From contig OZ251224.1 in the NCBI GenBank assembly GCA_965240325.2, positions 3,968,001 through 4,032,000 on the forward strand: 64,000 nt of DNA, written 5' to 3'. A model generated the notes under the pieces. That model was not told the DNA's origin. It saw only the letters and a program-made list of their open reading frames with translations, and made no database searches. Below are positions 1-11,017 of this stretch, one piece after another. Source of the stretch: Rebecca billardiae RCC1528 (lineage: Eukaryota; Protista; Haptophyta). Numbering within the stretch: the first letter of the stretch is position 1; each line of letters begins with the position of its first letter. Position numbers and translations under genes: made by a program.

Positions 1-1759
1 GCGCGCGTGGCGCGAGGCGCACCCCGCCTACCTCTTCGCCGACGACGACCTGGACGACGCCGACGGCGCAAAGGCGCTGCCGTCCGCGCGCGAGCGCGAG
101 CGCGCGCCTCGCTCCTTCGCCGAGGCGGTCGGCACGGCGCGCGCGGCGGCGGAGGCGCGGAGCGCGGCGGCGGCGGCGGCGGGGCCCGACGCCGTCGGCA
201 AGGGCGCCGCCCCGCACCCGCCGCAGCCGCCGCTCGCGCCGCCGCCCGCCGCCGCCGCCTCGGAGCTCGCGCGCCGCGGCCCGCGCGTCGCCGCGCGCGA
301 CACTGCCTACCAAGCGGCTGCGAGCGGCGACGCCGGAGTGCTGGGCTACTCGCACTGGACGTTCGCGGACCAGCCGACGCTCGACCAGTTCCCGTCGTAC
401 ATGATGGCGCGGCGGCTGTCCGCGTGCGCGCCCGGCGGCGAGCTCCCGCCCGTCGCCACCGAGGACCCCGGCGCCGCCGCGGCCCAGGCCAACAGCGCGC
501 GGCCGTCAGCGCTGCGTCGGCTGCTAGCGCTGCGCCCGCGCGGCGTCGTGCCTCGAGGCGTCAAGTTCGTCGCCAAGCTGGTCGCGCCCTCGGGCGGCTC
601 GCCCGAGTACTTTGGGCCGTGCGACTCGGAGCGCGAGGTGGAGGAGCTCTACGCCCACGCCGCACACGCGCTCCGCGAGCGCGAGCGCGCAGTGGCCGCC
701 GCGGCCGAGGGAGCCGCCGAGCGCGCGGGCGCAGGCCAGCACGCTCGGCCGCAGCCGGGTGCGCTCGGCGGCCGCGCGAGACTCGCAGAGCACCTGGAGG
801 CGCTGCTGGTCGAGGCGGCGCCGCCGCCCGTGCCGCGCCGCGCGCCGACGGCGGGCGCGCCCGGCGCGGGCGTCCACGAAGGCGCACCCGCGTGCGTCGA
901 GCGGGCGAGCCCCCCAGATGGCGGCAGCTGCGGCGGCGCGGGGTGCGCGGCCGGCGAGGCGGTGCGTGCGTGTGGCACCGAGAGCTCCTCAGGCTCAGCA
1001 GCGGGCGGCTCCTTGGCACCGCACCCCGCGCCGCCGCAGCCGTGCGTGCGCATGCCGTCGCAGCGGCTGTACAACGCGGTCGTCACCATCTCCGACCTGC
1101 CGCAGGCGTACGCGCAGCACCGGTACTGGTTCGTCATGCAGTTTGTGCCCGATATGCAGTGGTGCGCGCGCCGCACTCACGCGGCGGCGCGGCGGCGCGA
1201 GACGCGCGCCCGCGTGCTCGCTGTGCCGCCGGCGGGCATGAGGGGCGGGCTGCTGACGCTGGCATCACGATGCCCCCGCGGCCCGCGCACGCCGCGCGCG
1301 CCCGCAGGTGTCACGTCGTCCCGCTCCGCAGCTACGGCCGCTTCCCTGCGCGCAACACCGCGCGCGGCGAGCGCCCAATCTGGTGTGTGCTGCAGCGCCC
1401 TTCTTCCGTGGGGGGGGCTCTGCCGCTGCGCTCGCGCGCACGCGCGCTTCTCGCCGCCCTCGCGCGCCGTGACGCTGGAGCCCGCCGGCGCTCATCCAGC
1501 CCTGCCGTGTGCCCTGCGCACCTGCGCATGCTTTCGCGCGCGCGAGCGCAGGAAGCTCGCCCCCGAGGGCCAGGTGCGGGAGCTGGACGTGCCGGCCTCG
1601 CGCTGCTCGCTCGTGAAGGCGCAGCTCGTCGCGCGCACCACGAACGCAGACGCGGAGGTGTGGGACATCCCCGACTCAGAGCCGTACGCTGCCCCGTTTG
1701 AGCAGCCGACCGCGAATGGGAGCACCACGACGGGCAAGTCGAGATCCAAGGCGAAGTAG
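1..1759 (+). CDS. 5'-truncated spliced hypothetical protein (exons <2-1161, 1308-1382, 1552-1759); C-terminal part recalls algal/stramenopile GNAT-domain proteins
   Basis: Frame is open from nt 2. GT..AG introns 1162-1307 and 1383-1551 join YWFVMQFVPDMQW/CHVVPLRSYGRF...RPIW/KLAPEGQVRELDVPASRC...DAEVWDI; stop TAG at 1757. The family link is from recollection, and the GNAT core is not in the window. Confidence 0.7.
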   Translation, partial: RAWREAHPAYLFADDDLDDADGAKALPSARERERAPRSFAEAVGTARAAAEARSAAAAAAGPDAVGKGAAPHPPQPPLAPPPAAAASELARRGPRVAARDTAYQAAASGDAGVLGYSHWTFADQPTLDQFPSYMMARRLSACAPGGELPPVATEDPGAAAAQANSARPSALRRLLALRPRGVVPRGVKFVAKLVAPSGGSPEYFGPCDSEREVEELYAHAAHALRERERAVAAAAEGAAERAGAGQHARPQPGALGGRARLAEHLEALLVEAAPPPVPRRAPTAGAPGAGVHEGAPACVERASPPDGGSCGGAGCAAGEAVRACGTESSSGSAAGGSLAPHPAPPQPCVRMPSQRLYNAVVTISDLPQAYAQHRYWFVMQFVPDMQWCARRTHAAARRRETRARVLAVPPAGMRGGLLTLASRCPRGPRTPRAPAGVTSSRSAATAASLRATPRAASAQSGVCCSALLPWGGLCRCARAHARFSPPSRAVTLEPAGAHPALPCALRTCACFRARERRKLAPEGQVRELDVPASRCSLVKAQLVARTTNADAEVWDIPDSEPYAAPFEQPTANGSTTTGKSRSKAK

Positions 1760-1963
1760 CAGCTGAGACGGTTGTCAGGCAGCAGCTAGCCTTTGTGCAT
1801 GCTGCCAGTGGAGTCGACATCGACATCTTCGTCAGACGTCATCGTCGCGGACCGGGATCCGGGTCACCGGGACCGCGGACCGGCCGGACCGTCAGGCTGC
1901 GTCAGAGGCCGTCAGACCCGCGGCGGGCCCGCCCGGGGGCGGGGCCCCGGGATCCGGCAATTC

Positions 1964-2407
1964 TAGAGGGGTCAGAGCCCCACTGGGGGGTGCGTGGCCC
2001 AAAATCCAACTCACCTGTCGTCTTGAGATGAGGCTCTCAAACTTCGGGATGTCAATATTCGCCTGAACGAAATGAGCTGGGGTCAATCACGCTCGGACAA
2101 GTTTTGCGAAAAAATGTCACATACTGGAGATATACGACCTCAATCTCGACGCGATCTCGGCAACATTAGTAGGGGAGATACACGATCTCCAAGGTGATCT
2201 CGCTATTTGCACCAGAATCGCACCGTCTAGATCACATTTTGGCAGTCTGAAATTGGCACAGGCGGATTCTACACCCTGGAATTAAGCCTTAACGTCTACT
2301 AACTACGGTTCGTCCAAGTAAATACCCGTGTGACGATAGTTCATGCTAAGAGATTTCGGGAGATTGTGGCACCCGAGAGTGTAACGGTCGGAGCTCTGAC
2401 CCCACTA
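1964..2407. mobile_element. MITE family A, copy 1 (TAG..CTA termini, hAT-like), 444 bp
   Basis: TIR TAG(A/T)GGGGTCAGAGC at both ends; flanking direct repeat CGGCAATTC (1955-1963, 2408-2416); homologous copies at 43167-43623 and ~43876-44197. Confidence 0.9.
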
Positions 2408-2755
2408 CGGCAATTCCGGCATGCATCACAATAAAATAATATATATATATATATATATATATACTATATACGTTCGCTCGTCACTCGCAGTTGCAGACGC
2501 AAGTCGCATCGCGGTTAAATTATGAAGTCGTCAGTAGTTAAGCAGCTAGACCTATATTGTCGATCGAGTATTGACGAGCTAGTCCGTAGGCTTCGCCACT
2601 TACCAGAGAGTGAGAGTGTCATTCGGACGCGGTCCGACGGCCGTGGTCGGCGTCGTGTCCTGACCGTAGTACGTATGCAGTAGTAGCGTAGTAGACTGGT
2701 GACGGCGCCACCGCTGCTGCTCGACGTAGACACCGCCGTCATTGTCGCACAATGG

Positions 2756-3388
2756 TCATTTCTTCGGAATCGCGTCGATGGCATCCTCCTCCTCGTCCGT
2801 CGTCGTGCTGCCGCCCTGTGCATGCACCCTGACATTCTCAGCCCACAGCGACTCAAGGGCGTAGTATTCTCTGCAGTGCTGCGTCATGACGTGAACAACC
2901 ACGGAGCCCAGGTCGACCGCAACCCAGCCATCCGCGCCCTCCCCGTCGATGTTCGGTCCCTGCTCCACTCCCGCAGCATGCTTGGCGGCCATGTGCAGCG
3001 CATCGGCGATGTGCGTCACGTGCCTTGGGTTGGAGGCGGTGGTGACGATCATTGTGTCGCCAATCTTGCCACTGTGGATGCCCTTGAGGTCGAGAACAAA
3101 TGTGTCCTGCCCCTTTTCTTGCTCGATCAGATCGCGCACCTGGTCGGAGCTCAGTACGCCCACAAACGACTTCCATCGATCATCGAGCGCCGACGCCTCC
3201 TCCTCCTCCGCGCCCTTCTTCGGTGCCTGCGTGCGCGCCACGCTGCTGCGTGCGCGAGACAGCCCGATCCGCGGGGTGCTGCCGTGGGCAGGAAGGAATG
3301 GCATTCGCGCCAATCGAGGGAGGCTCCCGACGGATGGGCGCGCGAGGACTCGTGACCACAAGCCGGCGCGCGCCGGCCACATCGCCAT
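2756..3388 (-). CDS. rsfS: Ribosomal silencing factor RsfS/Iojap (MALSU1-like), probably organelle-targeted
   Basis: EKGQDTFVLDL...DTMIVTTASNPRHVTHIAD...GWVAVDLGSVVVHVMTQHCREYYALESLW is the Iojap signature; Arg/Ser-rich N-terminal presequence; first ATG at 3388. Confidence 0.9.
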   Translation of the reverse strand: MAMWPARAGLWSRVLARPSVGSLPRLARMPFLPAHGSTPRIGLSRARSSVARTQAPKKGAEEEEASALDDRWKSFVGVLSSDQVRDLIEQEKGQDTFVLDLKGIHSGKIGDTMIVTTASNPRHVTHIADALHMAAKHAAGVEQGPNIDGEGADGWVAVDLGSVVVHVMTQHCREYYALESLWAENVRVHAQGGSTTTDEEEDAIDAIPKK

Positions 3389-3499
3389 CGTGTGCTCCTC
3401 GCGGCGAGCGGCCCGGACGGCGGACGCAAGCACTGGGACTTCAGTGCCAGCAGGCCGGAGTTACTCAACCTCGCCCGTGCGGGCCGCCGCCCATCCGGC

Positions 3500-4921
3500 A
3501 TGGCGTCGATGGCCATGGACCCCTCGGAGGTGCCGGCGGACGAGGAGCTGGCGGAGAGCTCGTATGAGGAGCCCGGTATTGAGGAGGACGTGCTCGCGTT
3601 CGATGACTCCAGGCGTGGGTCCGACGCGTTCGTGGAGCAGGGCGACATGCCTGCAGCCACATCGCGGGAGATTGAGGGCGCAGCGGCGTTCCCAATGGCC
3701 GCGGGCACGCTGGTCCCGAACTCTCAACGGCGGCTCGCGCGCGTGAATCGCGTCCTCGCTGCGAGCGAGAACCCACTCGCGCCCTCAAAGGTGCCGAAGG
3801 CCCGCGTGTACATGCAGACGCGCGCGCGTGACGTCGGGCGCGAGCTGTCAGACACGGCGGTTGAGGAGCTGATCCTCGAGTCGTCTCTGTTCCGCACGTG
3901 CACCGGGCGGCAGCTCCGACAGCTGCGCGCCGTGACGGAGCAGGTGCGCTACGCGCGGTACACTGAGGTGGTGCGCGAGGGCGAGCACAGCGAGCAGGCG
4001 CGGTGCGTGTACATCGTCGCCGAGGGCTCGGTCATCTTGCGCACGGCGCACGGCTTCCAGATCGACGTCAAGCGCGCCGGCCACTTTGGCGAGCTGGCGC
4101 TGGTGGCCGAGAAGCCGCGCATGGCGGGCGCCACCACGACCGATCCGAGCCTGCTGCTTCGGCTGCCGGCAGACGAGCTGCGCTCCCGGCCGCTCGTGCG
4201 CGAGCTCATCGAGGAGCGCGCGAACGCGATCGAGCAGCACCTCAAGCAGCGGTGGCTGCGCGGCCTGCCCTCGTTCTCGCGCATCGACCCCGAGCTGATC
4301 CGGCGGATGCTGCCCTTCTTCCACTACGTCGAGCTCGAGCGCGGGGCGTACCTCTACCGCCGGACCGACCAGACCCGCCTCTTCGCCATCGTCGTCTTCG
4401 GCACGGTCGAGGTGCTGCAGGGAGAGGCGGAGGTGCGGATCGGCGGCTGCACGCACCACGACGCGCGGCCGTGGGTGGGCGAGACGGCGCTCTTCCAGAC
4501 CGGGCCGGACGGCTCGGCCATTCGCTGCATCGAGCCGTCGCACCTGCTCACGCTCGACGCGGCGCGGTTCCAGGCGCTCGCCAAGGTGCTGCCATCGATC
4601 ATGGAGATCCTGCGCCTCTCCGAAGTGTATGCGCGCCTGGCCGAAGCGCAGCGGCTGGGCGGGCTGGGCGCTGCGGCCGGCTCGTCACGTGTCGACCGCG
4701 GCTGGCGCTCGACTCTCGAGTCCAACTACTTTGCACGCCGCGTGCACTTCGAGCTCTCGCTCGACAGCCGGCGCGCCAGCACAGGCAGCGTGCGGCGTAC
4801 TGCGAGCGGCAGTGGCTACCAAGCAGCGGTGCGACGACCGGCTACCAGTCACGGCCCACACGGACAGGGCAACATGGGTGGCCACGCGGGAGTGAATCGC
4901 GCCCGTGCGATCAGTCGATGA
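3500..4921 (+). CDS. Protein with two cyclic-nucleotide-binding domains (PKA-R-like fold)
   Basis: VVREGE..YIVAEGSV..FGELALVAEKPRMAGAT (CNB-A) and LPSFSRI..YLYRR..AIVVFGTVEV..VGETALF (CNB-B); ATG at 3500. Confidence 0.85.
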   Translation: MASMAMDPSEVPADEELAESSYEEPGIEEDVLAFDDSRRGSDAFVEQGDMPAATSREIEGAAAFPMAAGTLVPNSQRRLARVNRVLAASENPLAPSKVPKARVYMQTRARDVGRELSDTAVEELILESSLFRTCTGRQLRQLRAVTEQVRYARYTEVVREGEHSEQARCVYIVAEGSVILRTAHGFQIDVKRAGHFGELALVAEKPRMAGATTTDPSLLLRLPADELRSRPLVRELIEERANAIEQHLKQRWLRGLPSFSRIDPELIRRMLPFFHYVELERGAYLYRRTDQTRLFAIVVFGTVEVLQGEAEVRIGGCTHHDARPWVGETALFQTGPDGSAIRCIEPSHLLTLDAARFQALAKVLPSIMEILRLSEVYARLAEAQRLGGLGAAAGSSRVDRGWRSTLESNYFARRVHFELSLDSRRASTGSVRRTASGSGYQAAVRRPATSHGPHGQGNMGGHAGVNRARAISR

Positions 4922-5007
4922 GTCCTTGCACCTGATCCGACTCCGACGACTTTGATGCCTGCTACTTATCAAATTTGATGAACTCTCGTCGATGAGTCTC
5001 TCTCATA

Positions 5008-6937
5008 CCAGGTCGTTCCCCCTGCACTGGGAATCCGCGGTTTCGCACTATTCAGAGCACGAGGCCGCGGCATAGCAACGCAGATTTATTCTTCCGCTTG
5101 CTCTATCAGACCACTTGAACGATCTAATCGAGGTTTCCAATTGAAAATGACGAAAGTACATCCATCCATTAGAGAACCCAAATCCCGAGCGCGGCAAAGC
5201 CGTGGAACGCAGTAATCAGCCTCGTCAGCGATAGTCCGCTCACGAAATCGAGGCGCTGGAAATGAGTTCTTCGCGTGCAACCGCGGAGGCGGGAGCCCTC
5301 CCGCGGGTGCGGAGCACCGATTCTGACCCGCCCCCTGCGCCTGCGGCCGGGCGGCGAGTGCGATGCAGCTGGCCCGGCGCTGGGGGGCGCGGATGTGCTT
5401 GCGGAGCCGGCGTGCGTGGACGGGCTGTTGCGGGAGAGTATCTGCCGCCCTCCTGCGCCGCGCGACTTGCGCCACGCCTCTTTCGCCTCGGCTCAGGGCA
5501 GCGCGCACGCGCGCGCCGCCTCCGGGGCCAGCCTTCGGCCTGCGCCGCAGGCCGACCGCGCGCGCGCCGTGCGCGGCGTGGTCGGGAAGGAACGGGCGCG
5601 GCTGCCGGGCGAGATGGCGATATCATGTGCGCACGCCATGCCGCCCCGCCACGCCTTGCCGAGCGTGTCGCTGGTCCATTTGCACGCCTCTTCGAGTTGT
5701 CACAAATGGTGTGCACGCGGCCTCGCGGTCCGGTGACCGCTGGGGGCCGCGCCCGGGCCAGGGCGCTGCGGGCGCGGATGTGCTTGCGGAGCCGGCGTGC
5801 GTGGACGGGCTGTTGTGGGAGAGTATCTGCCGCCCTCCTGCACCGCGCGACTTGCGCCACGCCTCTTTCGCCTCGGCTCAGGGCAGCGCGCACGCGGCGC
5901 GTCGCCTCAAGGCCAGCCTTGCCTGCGCCGCAGCCGACCGCGTGCGCGCCGTGCGCGGCGTGGTCGGGAAGGAACGGGCACGGCTGCCGGGCGAGATGGC
6001 GATATCATGTGCGCACGCCATGCCGCCCCGCCACGCCTTGCCGAGCGTGTCGCTGGTCCGTTTGCACGCCTCTTCGAGTTGTCACACTATGAATGGTGTG
6101 CCACGGCCTCGCGGTCGTGACCCTTGCCGGGACGATCATTGAGACACAGAACAGTGCCAAGCGGGCACGCGGGATACTCTTACATGAATGTTCATCACCA
6201 CGTGGTCGTGTAGAAGTGCTGGGTGCGACGCTTTCCTCGCGCGGATGCACTTTCATCATCTTCTTCGAGCTCCGAGGTCTGGCTTCAGGCACGACAAGAA
6301 ATCAGCACTCGTCAACAGCTGTGCGGATCCGTTATCGTGCCCTTTCGCGGCGCCGCGGGGCGGCATGGCGTGCGCACATGATGTCGTCATCTCGCCCGGC
6401 AGCACCCCCCGTTCCTTCCCGACCACGCCGCGCACGGCGCGCGCGCGGTTGCGGCTGCGGCGCGGGCACGGTGCGGCCCTGGCCTCCGAGGCGGCGCGCG
6501 CGTGCGCGCTGCCCTGAGCCGCGGCGAAAAGAGGCGTGGCGCGAGACGCGCGGCGCAGGAGGGCGCCATATACTCTCCCGCAACAGCCTGTCCACGCAAG
6601 CCGGCTCCGCGAGCACATCCGCGCCCGCAGCGCCGTGCCCCGGGCGCGCCGGCCGCCAACGGCGCTCGGCCGCCTTCGCCTGCCCGCCCTGCCGCCGAGG
6701 GCAAAGGTCAAGATTTGGTCGGCCCTCGCCTGCCGAGCCGCCACCGGCCGGGGGCTCCCTGCACCATCTATCTCATTGCGGCTCAATTTTGGGATTGCGA
6801 GACCAGCTCATCGATTGACGCACATCCGCACCCGCGAGACCTGAAAATCTTATTCGCGGGTAGCGACGGGTGCGTCCTGCGGCTGTTTTTCTCGTATGTC
6901 CAAACCGCGGATTCCCAGTGCAGGGGGAACGACCTGG
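5008..6937. mobile_element. Non-autonomous TA-flanked DNA transposon (Tc1/mariner-type ends) with internal tandem and inverted repeats
   Basis: Perfect ~36-bp TIR CCAGGTCGTTCCCCCTGCACTGGGAATCCGCGGTTT with TA on both sides. An internal ~350-bp unit is duplicated (5386-5738, 5771-6122) and partly inverted (6355-6648). Confidence 0.88.
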
Positions 6938-7034
6938 TAGTAGCTCTCTGAGTTCTGACTGGCTCTCAGTCGATGAGGCTCTCAGTCGACTACTCTTATT
7001 ACTCAGTATTCAGTAAGTCAGCTAATACTATATA

Positions 7035-7038
<4 letters not shown>

Positions 7039-7097
<59 letters not shown>

Positions 7098-7310
7098 GAG
7101 ATCGATATATATCGTCGTAGTCTAATTTTAAAACCGTCTCGATCTCTCTGATCTGAGCGCCATACGGATCTCTCTAGCTCTAGAGTAGTAGTCTAGACTC
7201 AGTCTCTCCGGACTCCGAGTCATCTCAGCATCTATTCATCTCTCTCTCCTCTCTCTCTCTCTCACTCTGAGACTCTCTCTCTCTCTCTCTCTCTAGCTCA
7301 TCTCTCTCTC
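7039..7310. repeat. (GA)n microsatellite (7039-7096) followed by degenerate (CT)n tracts
   Basis: Directly visible. Confidence 0.9.
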
Positions 7311-7441
7311 CAGAGATCTGACTCAGTCAGACAGAGTAGTTAGTCATCAGATCTCTCTCTCTGGCTCAGAGTCAGACTGGCTCTCTCGACATTGTCGGCG
7401 ACAGTCGCCCTCCGTCTCTTGATCACACAAACAAATCCGCC

Positions 7442-7640
7442 GGACCCAAGGGCGTTCCCGGGATCCTGCCACACGCTTCCGAAAGCAATTAATGCCCCCC
7501 CCCGGGGGGGGGGGGGCATTGCTACCGGACTCACGCGGGCCGTAATCAGATGTATACGCTTGAAATAGAGGAAGCCAATTTCAATAGGAACGCGGTTCGA
7601 TTTGGCGTATGACCAGTGCGGGGAACGCCCCTGTGCGTCC
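7442..7640. mobile_element. Small degenerate MITE (~200 bp)
   Basis: Imperfect TIR GGACCCAAGGGCGTTCCCG vs revcomp GGACGCACAGGGGCGTTCCCCG; internal AATGC(C)n/(G)nGCATT palindrome; no TSD seen. Confidence 0.5.
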
Positions 7641-8776
7641 ATGATAATGCGCGGAGCTCCGTCCCTCTTGCCCCCTTGCCCTTGCCCTTGGCCTCTAGTC
7701 TCACGGTCCTGTCAAGACTCAAGTCCGCCAGTCGTCTCCGGCTCAGCGATGGATGGCTATTGGCTAGGACCGCTCCTGACTCCACTGAGACTGCCCTACG
7801 GCTTAGGCTACTCCTATTAGCTAGTTATTCGTCGTAGTATTAGCTTAGCTATACTTGGTACTACCTGTCCTGGGTCGGCTGACGCCGCTGACGGCGGGCC
7901 GGGCCCCGGGGACCATTGGGACCGTCTGCCGACTTGTTACGACTCATAATGCGCTGTCTTGAATGTGAGGCTTCAACGACTCGTCGGGCCGATCGACGTC
8001 GTCCGCCGGGCTGAACTCCGTACAAGTCTGTCAATATGTTGGCGCAGCACATCATCATATTTTATATACATAATAAATTCATATATTGAACGCACTGCCG
8101 CATACTGCATGTAGTACAGTACAGGCGCGCATATGATCCGCGACCACCGCGGTGGCGCGCAGGCGTCGACGCCAGACGGTCACGGTGCGTCGAGCTTCCG
8201 CTCGGCGATGGAGAGTGCCTGGGCGACTACGAGGGGGGGGGGGGGGGGACGACGGCGAGGAGCGCTGATATCCTGGTCGGCTGGTGTTTGTCTCTGCTGC
8301 TCGATCTGCTGCTACAGCTTGCTGACTCTGACGCCTGCCCGTTGCAACATACCACGTCGTCAATATGATCTGACTGAGTACTGATTATTAATTTAATAAT
8401 TATGATCGCGGGAAGATCAGTCGACGCGGCGTCGCTCACAGCGCAGGCAGGTGTTTGGCGTGGCTGCACTCTCGAGGTGGCTGGGATACAACATCCAGGT
8501 GCAGCACCCTCCCCGTGTGGTGTCAGAGCGCGCTCTCGAGCCGCCGCGTGCCTCCGACTCCGAGCGCGGGGCGGCCGCTTGCTCATGCTGCCAATGGCCG
8601 CCTCGATGAGGTGCGGCAACGCGCCTCTCACCTGCCTGCGCCGGTCTGTTTTGTGGCGGTGTCTTTGTGCAGTGTTGGATGGCGTCAATCACGCCTTATA
8701 ACCAAGTGTGCACGTTATAAATCATCATAGTAGCAGTATAAATAACTGTATGCGGCATCACTCATCAGCGGTGCAT

Positions 8777-9688
8777 TCACCAACATCGGACGACCTGATC
8801 AACCCGCCCGTTCTGCAGAGACTCGCGCGGGCTTCGATGTGCTCCAGCATGCTTGCTGCAGAGAGCGATACGAATCTTGCTGCCGCTCACCACAACGCCA
8901 GCGCGCTTCTCGAGCACAAAATCCAGCTGCTGCACGTTGAGATATTCCATCGCGTGCAAAGAAGGGCTGCCCAGCCGGCCATCACAGTGCTCGCGAGCCG
9001 AGTGAGCAGCAGCCTGCAGCCTGAAGCGCAGCTGCCGCTCGGTCGATCCCGGCAGCGGGCCGTGCACGCACAACTGGCCCGTCGGAAAGAAGTGCCGGCG
9101 GGCTGAGTACTCCGCGGACGGCTCTGTCGGCGACGACGACTCGATGCAGCCGATGGCGAGTGTGCACGGGTCCGCATGCTCGCTCACGAGCGTGTCACGC
9201 AGTGCAGGCGCACGAGCTGCGCTCAAGTACTCGGCAGCATTCGTCGCTAGGGCGAGCGTGCGGAGTAGACGGCTCTGCCGCTCATATGCGCTCGGCTCGT
9301 TCTCCAAATCAGCACCATGGAACGCGTTCAGATCCTCGATGACGAGCAGGCTGGGGGGTGGACTGACGAGGTGGATTGACGCCAGCAGGTGCCGGAGGGG
9401 CTCGTCACTCGGAAGGTACTTAAGCTTGATGCGATCGAGCGCACTCGTCGCCTCGGCGTCGGCAGCACCATCGTCGAACTCAGCTTCGGGCTCGAATCCG
9501 GGCCTCGCGTACTCCTCAGCTTGCAGTGCCTCACGCGACGACGCCACGTAAAGCACATCCTCGCCACGGCGCGCGCGGTTAAATGCGCGCTGTAGGAGCA
9601 GCGAGCGCGCGACACGAGCGTCGGGGCAGGAGAGCAGCGCCATCTCGGCCGCCCATGTGACATTGCCGTGACCGTGGAAGAACTCCAT
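8777..9688 (-). CDS. SWSAP1: SWSAP1-like RecA/RAD51-paralog (Shu complex subunit)
   Basis: SLLLQRAFNRA..VLYVAS..ALDRIKLKYLPSDEPLRHLLASIHLVSPPPSLLVIEDL aligns by eye with SWSAP1 (LQKIRFQYPPSTRELFRLLCSAH..PSLLLLDGL); Walker A is degenerate; 3' end uncertain. Confidence 0.7.
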   Translation of the reverse strand: MEFFHGHGNVTWAAEMALLSCPDARVARSLLLQRAFNRARRGEDVLYVASSREALQAEEYARPGFEPEAEFDDGAADAEATSALDRIKLKYLPSDEPLRHLLASIHLVSPPPSLLVIEDLNAFHGADLENEPSAYERQSRLLRTLALATNAAEYLSAARAPALRDTLVSEHADPCTLAIGCIESSSPTEPSAEYSARRHFFPTGQLCVHGPLPGSTERQLRFRLQAAAHSAREHCDGRLGSPSLHAMEYLNVQQLDFVLEKRAGVVVSGSKIRIALCSKHAGAHRSPRESLQNGRVDQVVRCW

Positions 9689-9801
9689 CGGCAAGTTTCC
9701 GCACGCCTCCCCCGGCCCGGCGGCGGCTGCGAAGACCGTTGAGCTTGTGGCGTGCTCTCGATCGGGTGCGACGACGACAGCAAGAAATAAAGGGGGGACG
9801 A

Positions 9802-11017
9802 CACCCGGAGCCCGTTATAAAGGGGAATTTAAAAACGACAGTAATTCTCGCAGTCCGCACCGTCGCGCGCCGGCGTGCCGGTTTGGGTTGGCTCCGGGCA
9901 AGGGTGTCCAGGGTCCGCAACAGCCAGTGCGCAGCGCGGCAGAGGCTGTGACATCGCGAGGTCGCCGCTCGCCAGTGGGACTCGCCCGCCCGCCGCCGTG
10001 CACGGTGGCCGAGCCGCTCGCGCCGTGCGCTCCTGCGGCCGTCGGATCGGGCTGCGTAGGCGGCGCGCGGCGTGGGCCGTCGCAGAGCCACCCAGCGCCC
10101 CTCGCTGCGCCGCGCGCCTTCCTCGTCCTCGCCTCCTCCGCGCCTTGAAGCAGCACGCACACGCGCGGCGCCGCCACAAAAGCAGCGCAGGCGCTCGCGT
10201 GCAAGCGTGCGCGCGCGCAGCGCGACGGGCTCGACTCGGGGCTCGCGCCGCTGCGGGGGCATGCAGCACCATCCCATGCGCGCGCGACGCCACCTCGAGC
10301 CTGCGCGTTTGACCGTCAGTGCACGCTGATGCACGTTACAAAATGGTCTGACTTGGCATCATCACACGTGCGACGGAAGCTTCCACAACGGGCCTTGAGG
10401 GCGTCGACGCGATCGATGCGGAGACGGTCATGCTTGCGTGCGCTTCTCTTGTGGTCTCCACGCGTGCTGAGAAGCGCCGCGTACGTAGCTGTCATCGTGT
10501 CTTGCCTAAGAAGTTGTCCTGACGCATGGCAGGTTCTGGTCAGATTGGGCCTACTTCAACACGAGGACGTGTGAGCATTTGGCGCGTGACGGTCACAGCG
10601 ATGCGCAGGCTCGAGGTGGCGTCGCGCGCGCATGGGATGGTGCTGCATGCCCCCGCAGCGGCGCGAGCCCTGAGTCGAGCCCGTCGCGCTGCGCGCGCGC
10701 GCTTGCACGCTAGCGCCTGCGCTGCTTTTGTGGCGGCGCCGCGCGTGTGCGTGCTGCTTCAAGGCGCGGAGGAGGCGAGGACGAGGAAGGCGCGCGGCGC
10801 AGCGAGGGGCGCTGGGTGGCTCAGCGACGGCCCACGCCGCGCGCCGCCTACGCAGCCCGATCCGACGGCCGCAGGAGCGCACGGCGCGAGCGGCTCGGCC
10901 ACCGTGCACGGCGGCGGGCGGGCGAGTCCCACTGGCGAGCGGCGACCTCGCGATGTCACAGCCTCTGCCGCGCTGCGCACTGGCTGTTGCGGACCCTGGA
11001 CACCCTTGCTCCGGGTG
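9802..11017. mobile_element. ~100-bp CAC-ended MITE (family C) interrupted in its right TIR by a foldback element
   Basis: Removing 9899-11008 and one TSD copy restores the TIR pair CACCCGGAGCC...GGCTCCGGGTG. The identical 34-bp left end recurs at 36119-36152. Confidence 0.75.
9899..11008. mobile_element. Foldback element FB1 (P-superfamily/Galileo-like), 1110 bp
   Basis: ~408-bp near-identical TIRs (9899-10306 / 10603-11008) starting CAAGGGTGTCCAGGGTC; 296-bp spacer; 7-bp TSD CTCCGGG on both sides. Confidence 0.88.

Noticed and set aside
7-1701. 564-aa ORF as the gene
   Set aside because: Arg/Ala-rich off-frame; only exon 1308-1382 is in this frame.
9802-9835. 34-bp motif shared with 36119-36152 as a promoter element or spliced leader
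   Set aside because: It pairs with GGCTCCGGGTG once the foldback is removed, so it is better explained as a MITE end.
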